Of a DNA stretch of 55,975 nt, positions 45,784-54,029 are shown in pieces (position 1 is the stretch's first letter; the number at the start of each line of letters is the position of its first letter). Under the pieces are notes generated by a model. That model was not told the origin of the DNA and searched no databases. It saw only the letters and a program-made list of their open reading frames with translations. Source of the DNA: Burkholderiales bacterium. Lineage in GTDB: Bacteria; Pseudomonadota; Gammaproteobacteria; Burkholderiales; SG8-41. The stretch covers positions 1 through 55,975 of the forward strand of contig JAYQOT010000006.1 in NCBI GenBank assembly GCA_038144955.1. The letters are read 5' to 3'. Made by a program: the position numbers and the translations under genes.

Positions 45784-46932
45784 CTATTCTACCCTGCCCC
45801 GGGCAAATCGGACCAGTTGCGTGGCGAGATCGGGTATTTCGGCCTGCCGGGAGGCCCAATTCCGGGCCTGTAGCCCCAGTTCCGGCAGTTTCTCCCGCAA
45901 CGCCCCCCAGACCCCGGGAACATCCCCCCGGTCATTCCAGGTTTTCCAGAACCCGGCCAGGGCAGCAGCCGGAACCGGCGCCAGACCTGCGCAATAGCGC
46001 TGGAGAAAAGCCTGCATTTTGAGGTGGTGGGCGTCGCCTTCCTGGATATAAGGCTGCCACACCATGGGCTTCGCCGCCCACTGGGCGCGGACGAAGGAAT
46101 CCTCCCCGCGCACCAGGTTGAGGTCGCACGACCACAGCAGTTCGTCATAACCCGACTGCGGCAGGAACGGCAGCGCCCGTACCTCCAGCGCGCCGCGGGA
46201 GCGGATTTTTTTATTTCGCATTGCCGGGCCGAAATAGCGGTCCACAACAGGTCCGGGCGCCCCCTCGGGCACGGCAACGACCGTCGGTGCATCTCCTTCC
46301 GCCAGCGTTGCCAGCAACTCCGCAACGGGAGCATCGGCATAACAGAACAGCGACAGCGTCAGCGCATCCGGCCGGTCGAAACCGAGCGCCTTCCAGAATT
46401 CGCGTTTCCGTTCATCACCGAAGGCATCGCGGCGCGACAGCAGATCCTGTTCACGCAGCAGTCCACCCGTCCCTGCCGTGAAACCGGGAAAAAAGAAAAA
46501 CCGCGGCAATGAAAAGCGCGGGTGCGGTGAAGACAGCGCGTGATGAGTGTCGACCCAGTCCTCAGCGCTGAGATATTCGAGCACGACCCACAGCGGTGGC
46601 CCGGACTGCGCAGCCATGGCGGTGACGTAATCATCAGGCAAACCACAGCCGAAGGCCTCGATAACGACCGCGACACCCTGCACTTCCGTCTCTGCACCTT
46701 CATTCCAGCGCCGCACGGTGATACCCGCGGTCTGCTGTTCTGCCAATGCCGGATCCAGTGCGGGATGCAAAGCGCGCAGGGCATCGGGCTTGTCGATCCA
46801 CAGTCGCACCCGCAAGCCGTGTTCGGCGTGGAGCATGCGCGCGAGCCGCCAGCACACGCCGGCATCGCCGTAGTTATCCACGACCTTGCAGAAAATGTCC
46901 CAGCTTCCGGAAATTTGATTTGCAGTCACCAT
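45784..46932 (-). CDS. earP: EF-P arginine-32 rhamnosyltransferase
   Basis: N-terminus ..WDIFCKVVDNYGDAGVCWRLARML.. is the signature of the EarP (DUF2331) family. It lies 36 nt upstream of an efp encoding Arg32. Confidence 0.85.
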   Translation of the reverse strand: MVTANQISGSWDIFCKVVDNYGDAGVCWRLARMLHAEHGLRVRLWIDKPDALRALHPALDPALAEQQTAGITVRRWNEGAETEVQGVAVVIEAFGCGLPDDYVTAMAAQSGPPLWVVLEYLSAEDWVDTHHALSSPHPRFSLPRFFFFPGFTAGTGGLLREQDLLSRRDAFGDERKREFWKALGFDRPDALTLSLFCYADAPVAELLATLAEGDAPTVVAVPEGAPGPVVDRYFGPAMRNKKIRSRGALEVRALPFLPQSGYDELLWSCDLNLVRGEDSFVRAQWAAKPMVWQPYIQEGDAHHLKMQAFLQRYCAGLAPVPAAALAGFWKTWNDRGDVPGVWGALREKLPELGLQARNWASRQAEIPDLATQLVRFARGRVE

Positions 46933-47013
46933 CAGCGCTCAGATTATGCAACCCGCAATCGCGCCGCGGAAGATCAAGCGTAAAACACTGCAGAAACCGG
47001 AAATCTCAGAACG

Positions 47014-47046
47014 AAAAAAAACCGGGCACAGGCCCGGTTTTTTTTC
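47014..47046. terminator. bidirectional rho-independent terminator downstream of cspA
   Basis: A8, accgggc-acag-gcccggt, T9. Confidence 0.8.
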
Positions 47047-47062
47047 ATATCAGCGATCCAGA

Positions 47063-47269
47063 TCAGACTGCCTGGATGTTGCTGGCTTGTTGCTTGCCCT
47101 TGTTGCCGGCGGTCACTTCGAAAGAGACCTTCTGGCCTTCCTTCAGAGTTTTGAAGCCATTCATGTTGATGCCCGAGAAATGGGCGAACAGGTCTTCGCC
47201 ACCGCCATCGGGGGTGATGAAGCCATAACCTTTAGCGTCGTTGAACCACTTAACAGTACCAGTTGCCAT
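47063..47269 (-). CDS. cspA: cold-shock protein, CspA family
   Basis: [32 protein letters not shown].. has the RNP1 KGYGFI and an RNP2-like LFAHF; 68 aa. Confidence 0.93.
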   Translation of the reverse strand: MATGTVKWFNDAKGYGFITPDGGGEDLFAHFSGINMNGFKTLKEGQKVSFEVTAGNKGKQQASNIQAV

Positions 47270-47411
47270 CTTGCGTTTCCTTTTGAGTATAAATAATTCC
47301 GGAATTCACCGGACCATCGTATTTAAATCTCACAGCCCCAAAAGCACGCACCGACAACAACTAGCACGGAACAGCTGCCTTTCAAGTACTTGAAACCAAA
47401 CACGCGCCGTC

Positions 47412-47440
47412 GTTATACGGAATGGCCGTAACAGCGTCAA
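47412..47440 (-). promoter_or_regulatory. sigma70-type promoter of cspA
   Basis: The minus strand reads TTGACG (47440-47435), an exact 17-nt spacer, then TATAAC (47417-47412). This predicts a 5' UTR of about 135-140 nt. Confidence 0.5.
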
Positions 47441-47487
47441 GCACATTATGGACCCCGGCGGCGGTGTTAAAAAATTTTTCTATTAAA

Positions 47488-48582
47488 TCATTTAGTTACG
47501 TATTTACGCGAAAACTGGCGGGCGGCCTCGGCATCGACTTTTTCAAGCCGCCCCGCCACCTCACGCACCTTCGCCCGCTGGTTCTGGTGATGGTAAGTCA
47601 CCCCCAGTTGCACCAGGGCCTGCACATCGTTGGCACGCAGGCGCAGCGCCTCCTGCGTCGCTTCCAGCGCGCGATCGTACTGGTTGAGTGCCAGATGGGT
47701 CGAACCCGCCCCCAGCCAGGCTTCAAAACTGTCACCGTCGTATTTCAGCGCCTGGTTGTATGCGGTGATCGCACGCCGCGGACGGTTGATCAGCCGGTAG
47801 GCCTCGCCGAGCGCGATCCAGCCCGGCACCGAAGCCGGCGCCGCGCGCACCCATTGCTGGGTCGCAGACAGCAAGCCGGTCCAGTTTTTCGCGTTCTTCA
47901 GCGCCGCCACCCGCGTCTGCCAGCGTTCGTTGATGTCGTCACGTTTGGCCAGATTGGAAAGGACTGGCTGGGCGCCGCCGCCGCGCGCGGCGAGTTCGGT
48001 GATCCATGCGGACGGAATCGCAAAATTCAGGTTTTGGCCTTCCGGAATGATGAACGTCGTCACCCCCACCAGGCGGCCTTCGGTATCGAACAATCCGCCA
48101 CCGCTCGAGCCTGAAGAGATCGGCGCCGAAGTCTGCACATAATGCCCGTTCTCGATTTCGCGGATGCTGGAGACTAGCCCCTCGCTGATGGTGAGTTCCA
48201 GCCCTTCGGGTGCACCCACCGCATAGACGCGCTGGCCGACCCGCAGTTTCTCGGTGTACAGCGTCACCCGCGGGGCCTTGAGTCCGCTGACCTGCAGTTC
48301 ACACAGGTCGCGGTCCTGGTTCGCGTTGCGAAGCGTGGCGCCGTATGACTCGCGACCGCTGTGCACCTGCAGTTTCACGCCGTCTTCGAGCGCGTGGCAG
48401 TTGGTGACCACGGTCTCAGTTGCCGTCACCACTCCGCTGCCGAAATTGGTGACATTGCCTTCGCGATCGTAGGCCTGGATGGTAACGATGCTGCGGGATA
48501 CTTCCTGGAAAATCTGTTCCGGGGTTTTAGACCACACCAGCATCGGCATCGCCGCGAGCAGCGCAACATATAATTGCTTCAA
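47488..48582 (-). CDS. secreted trypsin-like (S1/S1C) serine protease fused to C-terminal TPR repeats
   Basis: TTG start 6 nt after AGGAGA, and signal peptide (M)KQLYVALLAAMPMLVWS. Triad contexts are ..VVTNCHAL.., ..NQDRDLCEL.. and ..SSGSSGGGLF.. The C-terminal 150 aa show TPR-like A-x-x-A-Y/W periodicity. Confidence 0.8.
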   Translation of the reverse strand: MKQLYVALLAAMPMLVWSKTPEQIFQEVSRSIVTIQAYDREGNVTNFGSGVVTATETVVTNCHALEDGVKLQVHSGRESYGATLRNANQDRDLCELQVSGLKAPRVTLYTEKLRVGQRVYAVGAPEGLELTISEGLVSSIREIENGHYVQTSAPISSGSSGGGLFDTEGRLVGVTTFIIPEGQNLNFAIPSAWITELAARGGGAQPVLSNLAKRDDINERWQTRVAALKNAKNWTGLLSATQQWVRAAPASVPGWIALGEAYRLINRPRRAITAYNQALKYDGDSFEAWLGAGSTHLALNQYDRALEATQEALRLRANDVQALVQLGVTYHHQNQRAKVREVAGRLEKVDAEAARQFSRKYVTK

Positions 48583-48665
48583 ACTATTCTCCTGAAATCG
48601 GGGTCGTCAATCGCAGGATTAACGATTGAGCCTGCATCCTGTAGACATTCCAAGTGCCGTCGGGT

Positions 48666-49271
48666 TCAAGGCCCGAGTACTAATCCACGCAATTCCTCGC
48701 GCTTGGGCAGTGCATTGCGCACCAGTCGCAGGTGGCGGATACCCGTCACCGACAGGCACTGGGACTTGAAATCCATGGCGGTGGTCAGTGCGGCCGGCGC
48801 TTCGTGTTCCAGCAAATCGATCACTGCGACCGTCTTCATGCTCTTGTCACACACCGCAAAATCGACAACCTCGCGTTCGAGCCCCCGGGTCCGCTGCTCG
48901 CGCTCGGATCCGGCAATCCCTTCAGGCACCTTGAGCAGGCTGCCCAGCGTAACCCGCGGCATGATCTCGTGGTCGGCAAGGCAGTTCTTCAGCAGGTAAT
49001 AGAGCACGGTCTGCGCCGGATCGAGTACACGCTCCCGCGGTTGATAGCGTGCGCCGGCCGCTGCAGCAGGCACCACTTTCAGGACGGGCGCTGCCGGCGA
49101 CTCAGCCTTTACGGCGCCACCGGGCGGTGGAGTCGTCGTCTCCTTCAGCATTGACTGCCAGCGTTCGCCGGAAACCTGCTCGCGCGCGAGCTGCTTGCGC
49201 CGGTAATTCCACCAGATGATGGGTATCGCAATGAACGGCGCGAGTATCAGCAGGTACCACAACGCAACCAT
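48666..49271 (-). CDS. membrane-anchored DUF2726-like (restriction-endonuclease-fold) protein
   Basis: N-terminal TM MVALWYLLILAPFIAIPIIWW and a Pro/Ala linker. The C-terminal block ..VLYYLLKNCL..HEIMPRVTLGSLL....VVDFAVCDKSMKTVAVIDLLE.. resembles the DUF2726 core (D-F-x-hydrophobic-x-D ... hydrophobic-E-hydrophobic-D/L). Confidence 0.55.
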   Translation of the reverse strand: MVALWYLLILAPFIAIPIIWWNYRRKQLAREQVSGERWQSMLKETTTPPPGGAVKAESPAAPVLKVVPAAAAGARYQPRERVLDPAQTVLYYLLKNCLADHEIMPRVTLGSLLKVPEGIAGSEREQRTRGLEREVVDFAVCDKSMKTVAVIDLLEHEAPAALTTAMDFKSQCLSVTGIRHLRLVRNALPKREELRGLVLGP

Positions 49272-49357
49272 GAATGTTTCCTGTTACGGCAACGCCGGTA
49301 TTGTAGCCATACACCGCAGGCATGGCGCAGGCATTAAGGCACATCGGTGCCGGCGGA

Positions 49358-50296
49358 TCAGGAAACGGCGGCGTAATACAGGTTTTGCGGGTGATTGGCC
49401 TGGGCAAAGAAAAACCAGCGTTCGGCGATCATCCCCGCGAACTGCACTGCAAAGGCCAGCAGCAACAACGCCGTCGATCCCGATTTCAATCCAGCCCCCA
49501 GCAGCGCCACGGGAAGCACGAAAGCACCGAACAGAAACAGCCACTTCACGCCGCGCAGCGTGCCCGGTGCGCGTCCGTGGAAGAACTCGCGGGTATTGAA
49601 TGACCCGCCCATGAAACCCTGCGCCTTCTGCACGATGCGCGGATGCTTGATGCCGATCGCGGTCTGCAGCGTCGAGCGCGGCTTGAGCCGCGCATTGCGC
49701 CACAGCGATGCGGCGCGTGTGCACAGGCCGGCGAACGTGATCCCCGCCGCCCACGCCCCGACAGTCTGAGTCACCGGTTCCCCGCGCCAGCCTGAAAGAA
49801 CTGTCGCCAGCATCACCCCTGACGCGCAGCCGAGCATGGTGAAATTCACCAGCGTCAGCGGCGTCGCCCACTCCTGCAGGAAACGGATGCATGCATAGAT
49901 CATTGCCGTGCACAGGAACAGAGCCAGGCACAGCGCGGCACCGACCACGCCGATCACCAGTGTGCCGTCAGCGCCCTGGTAATGATTCCAGCCATACACC
50001 GCCGTGGCCACCATGAACGCCGGCAGCGCGATGACTTCCCGCGACAGCCACGACGTGCGCCACTGCGCCGCCGCACGCCACGCGCGCTCGGGATGGCCAA
50101 GATGGAAAAACGACGCCAGCAATCCTGCACCGAGCAGCAGCAACACGATCACGCTGCCGCTCCAGTAGAACCCCGCCGATGGCGCAGCCAGCAGGTCCGC
50201 AGCCACCCGTGCCTCGATCACGAACAGCGCAAGGAACAGCCCCTGCCCGGCACCGATCAGCGTGGTCAGCAGGATGACTGAAAATGCCGGATTCAT
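49358..50296 (-). CDS. DmsC-type polytopic membrane anchor subunit of the molybdoenzyme (SoeC-like)
   Basis: 312 aa with about 8 hydrophobic helices. ..FFHLGHPERAWRA.. is a loop motif typical of DmsC-family anchors. Lies 8 nt downstream of the ferredoxin subunit. Confidence 0.65.
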   Translation of the reverse strand: MNPAFSVILLTTLIGAGQGLFLALFVIEARVAADLLAAPSAGFYWSGSVIVLLLLGAGLLASFFHLGHPERAWRAAAQWRTSWLSREVIALPAFMVATAVYGWNHYQGADGTLVIGVVGAALCLALFLCTAMIYACIRFLQEWATPLTLVNFTMLGCASGVMLATVLSGWRGEPVTQTVGAWAAGITFAGLCTRAASLWRNARLKPRSTLQTAIGIKHPRIVQKAQGFMGGSFNTREFFHGRAPGTLRGVKWLFLFGAFVLPVALLGAGLKSGSTALLLLAFAVQFAGMIAERWFFFAQANHPQNLYYAAVS

Positions 50297-50303
50297 GCGT
50301 CGC

Positions 50304-51035
50304 TCACCACGAAGTCACGTCGTCGAGCGACGGATCCTTCTTGCCCGGCCGTGGCAGCAGGCCATCAATCTTCAGCGGATTGTCGGCACGCTCGAGCTGG
50401 TCCTCGGGAATGCGCACCTCGGTTCTGCGTCGCGGCAGGTAATGGTTGGCGGGCTGCGTGCCCCACTCCGGCATCAGCGTATAGCCTGCGGCTTCGCGAA
50501 TCGCCTTCGACACCACCGACTCTTCGTCATGCACATCGCCGAACAGCCGTGCGCTGGTCGGGCACGCCAGCACGCAGGCCGGCTTGCGCTCGGCTTCCGG
50601 CAGTTTCTTGTCGTAAATGCGGTCTACGCACAAGGTGCACTTCTTCATCACCTTCTGGTGCTCGTCGATTTCGCGCACGCCGTAGGGGCAGGCCCACGAG
50701 CAGTACTTGCAGCCGATGCACTTGTCGTAATCGACCAGCACGATGCCGTCCTCGGAACGCTTGTAGCTGGCGCCGGTAGGACACACCGGCACGCACGGCG
50801 GATCCTCGCAGTGCAGGCATGACTTCGGAAAATGCACGGTCTGGGTGTTCGGATATTCCCCAACCTCGAAGGTCTGCACCCGGTTGAAGAAGGTGCCGGT
50901 AGGATCACGGTCGTAGGGATTGTCATCCGACATGAAACCCGCAGCACCCGACGTGTTCCATTCCTTGCAGCTGGTGACGCAGGCATGGCAGCCGACGCAG
51001 ACATTGAGGTCGATAACCAAAGCAAGTTGCGTCAC
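50304..51035 (-). CDS. four-cluster [4Fe-4S] ferredoxin subunit of the DMSO-reductase-family enzyme (DmsB/SoeB-like)
   Basis: The GTG start at 51035 overlaps the A-subunit stop (GTGA) and follows GGGAGAG. Cys groups are CVGCHACVTSC, CLHCEDPPCVPVCP, CIGCKYCSWACP and CTLC..CVLACP. Confidence 0.85.
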   Translation of the reverse strand: MTQLALVIDLNVCVGCHACVTSCKEWNTSGAAGFMSDDNPYDRDPTGTFFNRVQTFEVGEYPNTQTVHFPKSCLHCEDPPCVPVCPTGASYKRSEDGIVLVDYDKCIGCKYCSWACPYGVREIDEHQKVMKKCTLCVDRIYDKKLPEAERKPACVLACPTSARLFGDVHDEESVVSKAIREAAGYTLMPEWGTQPANHYLPRRRTEVRIPEDQLERADNPLKIDGLLPRPGKKDPSLDDVTSW

Positions 51036-53953
51036 TTGTACTCTCCCTTCCCCGCTACAAACCCCTGCCACAACCGGCGAATCTTGCTGGTCCCCGGCGC
51101 AGCCGGCAGCGGCGCAAACTGCGGCGCCGATTCCGCCGGTTCATCGGCCGCAGCCTTGCGGATGCGTACCCGCACGTCGTACCAGCCGGCCTGCCCGGTC
51201 ACTGGATCGGAATTGGAAATGCGCACACCGTCGACGGTGCGCAATTCTTCGCTGATCACGTGATTCAGTAGAAAACCGCGCCGCGACTCGTTGGCATCGG
51301 GTGCGAGATGCCAGGCCCCCTGTGCCTTGCCGATGGCATTCCAGGTCCACACCGTCCCCGGCTCCACCGCCTCGCTCACCCGGCACTGGCAGCGCACCCG
51401 TCCGTGCATCGATTCCACCCATACCCAGTCGTCGTCAGTGACGCCGCAGGCTGATGCCGTTTTTCCATTTATAAACAGATAGTTATGAGCGTGTATCTGG
51501 CGCAGCCAGGCATTCTGCGAATCCCACGAGTGATACATCGCCATCGGCCGCTGGGTGATCGCGGCGAGCGGATACGCCGTGGTGTCAGTCGCCTGCACTT
51601 CCAGCGGCGCGTAATAGAACGGCAGCGGATCGAAAAAGGTTTCGATGCGTGCGCGCTGCGACTCGGGCGGACGCCGCACCGACTCGCCTCTGCCCTGTGC
51701 TGCGAGGCGGAATTTCTGCAGTACCTCGGAATAGATCTGGATCACGATCGGATCGGCGTCGCGCCGCAGCCGCGTGCGCTGCGCCCACTGGTGATAGCCC
51801 TGGTTCCAGTTGCGCATGTACTGATAGGAACGCGGCAGTTCGTGATGGAACACGCAGTTGTTCGCCGCGTACATTTCCCACTGTTTCGGATTGGGCGCGC
51901 CGATCATCGACTTGCTGCCATCCACACCGCGCCATCCGGTAAGGAAACCCATGCCCGATCCCGGCTCGGTTTCATAGTTGACGATGAAATCCGGGTAGTC
52001 ACGGTACTTGCGCTTGCCATCCGCGGTGGTGAACGCAGGAAATTTCAGCCGCGACGCGAGTTCGATCAGCACTTCCTGGAACGGTTTGCACTCGCCCTTG
52101 GGCGGCACCACCGGCACGCGCACCGAATCCACCGGACCGTCGTATTCAGAAATCGGCCGGTCGAGCATCGACATCACATCATGGCGCTCGAGGTAGGTGG
52201 TGTCCGGCAGCACCAGGTCGGCAAACGCAGTCATCTCCGACTGGAATGCGTCGCAGACGATGAGGAACGGGATTTTGTATTCGCCCTTCTCGTCACGGTC
52301 GTTGAGCATCTTGCGTACCTCGACCGTATTCATCGTCGAATTCCACGCCATGTTGGCCATGAAAATCAGCAGCGTGTCGATCGGGTACGGATCGCCGCGC
52401 CAGGCATTGGTGATGACGTTGTGCATCATGCCGTGCACTGCCAGGGGATATTCCCAGGAAAACGCCTTGTCGATGCGCAGCGGGCTGCCGTCGGCGTTGA
52501 CGCTGAGATCATCCGGACCCGCAGGCCAGCCCAGGGCGAGATCGCCGAGCGGCTTGTTCGGCTGCACCGACTCCGGCCCCTTCGGCGGTTTGGCAATCGG
52601 CGGAATCGCGCGCGGGAACGGCGCCTTATGGCGGAAACCGCCAGGCCGGTCGATGGTGCCCAGCAGCGACATCAGGATCGCCAGCGTGCGTATGGCGTGA
52701 AATCCATTCGAATGCGCAGCGAGGCCGCGCATCGCATGAAATGCCACCGGATTGCCAGTCACCGTCTGATGTTCCCTGCCCCAGGAATCAGTCCACGCGA
52801 TCGGCAGTTCGATAGTCTGGTCACGCGCGGTGATGCCCATCTCGTGCGCGAGGCGACGAATGCGCGCCGCCGGGATGCCGGTGATGCTCTCGGCCCACTC
52901 GGGGGTGTATTCGGCAACCCGCTCCATCAGCAGCTGAAACGCGGGCTTCACCGGCTTGCCGTCTTCCAGCTGGTAATTGCCCAGCAGCGCCGGGTCGACA
53001 TCCGGGGCATGGTTGACGACGGCGCGGCCGCCGCGGCGATCCCACCACAACTGGTTATGGTGATAGTCGGCGCTGTCGTGGACGGTCTTCTCCGCTGCGC
53101 GCACCGGCAGCCCGTGGCGTTCGCTCGCCGGATCAAGATCAATCAGGTAACCGGCATTGGTGTAGCGCGCCAGGAAATCGCGGTCGTAGAGTCCGGTGTT
53201 GATGATTTCATGCACCAGCGCCAGCAGCAGTGCACCGTCGGTGCCCGGCCGGATCGGCACCCACTCGTCGGCAATCGCCGAATAGCCGGTGCGCACCGGG
53301 TTGATCGAGATGAAGCGGCCGCCGCGGCGCTTGAACTTCGAAATTCCGATCTTCAGTGGATTGGAATGATGGTCCTCGGCGGTACCGATCATCACGAACA
53401 GTCTGGCGCGGTCGAGATCGGGACCGCCGAACTCCCAGAAGCTGCCGCCGATGGTGTAGATCATGCCGGCGGCCATGTTCACCGAACAGAAACCGCCATG
53501 CGCCGCGTAATTGGGGGTGCCGAACTGGCGCGCGAACATGCCGGTCAGCGCCTGCATCTGGTCGCGGCCGGTGAACAACGCGAACTTTTTCGGGTCGGAG
53601 GCGCGGATCTTGCCGAGGCGGGACTCCATGATGTCGAAAGCCTCGCTCCAGCTGATCGGCTCGAACTCGCCCGCCCCGCGCTCGGCACCTGCCTTGCGCC
53701 TGAGCGGCCGGGTCAGTCGTGCCGGCGAATACTGCTTCATGATGCCGGAAGCACCCTTGGCGCAGATCACGCCCTTGTTCAGCGGATGCTCGGGATTGCC
53801 CTCGATGTAACGCACCTCGCCGTTCTTCAGGTGCACGCGGATGCCGCAGCGGCAGGCGCACATGTAGCACGTGGTGTTGCGGGTGACGGCGGTATCGGCG
53901 GTGGGCGGTGCAGTCATGCGTTTGGCTGCCAAATCAATGATTTGCGCGCCCAT
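51032..53953 (-). CDS. molybdopterin (bis-MGD) oxidoreductase catalytic subunit, no Tat signal (SoeA-like)
   Basis: 973 aa. N-terminal C-x2-C-x3-C-x27-C motif (TCYMCACRCG..GVICAKG) starts at residue 29, with no RR leader. Molybdopterin-binding and C-terminal beta-barrel regions are present (..VWVESMHGRVRCQCRVSEAVEPGTVW..). Confidence 0.85.
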   Translation of the reverse strand: MGAQIIDLAAKRMTAPPTADTAVTRNTTCYMCACRCGIRVHLKNGEVRYIEGNPEHPLNKGVICAKGASGIMKQYSPARLTRPLRRKAGAERGAGEFEPISWSEAFDIMESRLGKIRASDPKKFALFTGRDQMQALTGMFARQFGTPNYAAHGGFCSVNMAAGMIYTIGGSFWEFGGPDLDRARLFVMIGTAEDHHSNPLKIGISKFKRRGGRFISINPVRTGYSAIADEWVPIRPGTDGALLLALVHEIINTGLYDRDFLARYTNAGYLIDLDPASERHGLPVRAAEKTVHDSADYHHNQLWWDRRGGRAVVNHAPDVDPALLGNYQLEDGKPVKPAFQLLMERVAEYTPEWAESITGIPAARIRRLAHEMGITARDQTIELPIAWTDSWGREHQTVTGNPVAFHAMRGLAAHSNGFHAIRTLAILMSLLGTIDRPGGFRHKAPFPRAIPPIAKPPKGPESVQPNKPLGDLALGWPAGPDDLSVNADGSPLRIDKAFSWEYPLAVHGMMHNVITNAWRGDPYPIDTLLIFMANMAWNSTMNTVEVRKMLNDRDEKGEYKIPFLIVCDAFQSEMTAFADLVLPDTTYLERHDVMSMLDRPISEYDGPVDSVRVPVVPPKGECKPFQEVLIELASRLKFPAFTTADGKRKYRDYPDFIVNYETEPGSGMGFLTGWRGVDGSKSMIGAPNPKQWEMYAANNCVFHHELPRSYQYMRNWNQGYHQWAQRTRLRRDADPIVIQIYSEVLQKFRLAAQGRGESVRRPPESQRARIETFFDPLPFYYAPLEVQATDTTAYPLAAITQRPMAMYHSWDSQNAWLRQIHAHNYLFINGKTASACGVTDDDWVWVESMHGRVRCQCRVSEAVEPGTVWTWNAIGKAQGAWHLAPDANESRRGFLLNHVISEELRTVDGVRISNSDPVTGQAGWYDVRVRIRKAAADEPAESAPQFAPLPAAPGTSKIRRLWQGFVAGKGEYK

Positions 53954-54029
53954 TGTAGGCGCATCGCCGCAGCCGGGGTTCGAAAATACTTATCTTGCTA
54001 TTAATGCGGCCGCCAGCCGCATGTCGCGC

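Noticed and set aside
51485-54004. 839-aa ORF on the plus strand, antisense to the molybdoenzyme catalytic subunit
   Set aside because: Composition is Arg/Ala/Gly/His-rich with no recognisable motif, and it lies exactly opposite a gene with clear family signatures. This is the typical stop-codon-poor shadow frame of GC3-rich coding DNA.
53954-54029. Moco riboswitch ahead of the molybdoenzyme operon
   Set aside because: Only 76 nt separate the LOG stop from the soeA-like start, and part of that is a LOG terminator-like hairpin. That is too short for the ~130-nt Moco RNA motif, and none of its conserved helices are apparent.
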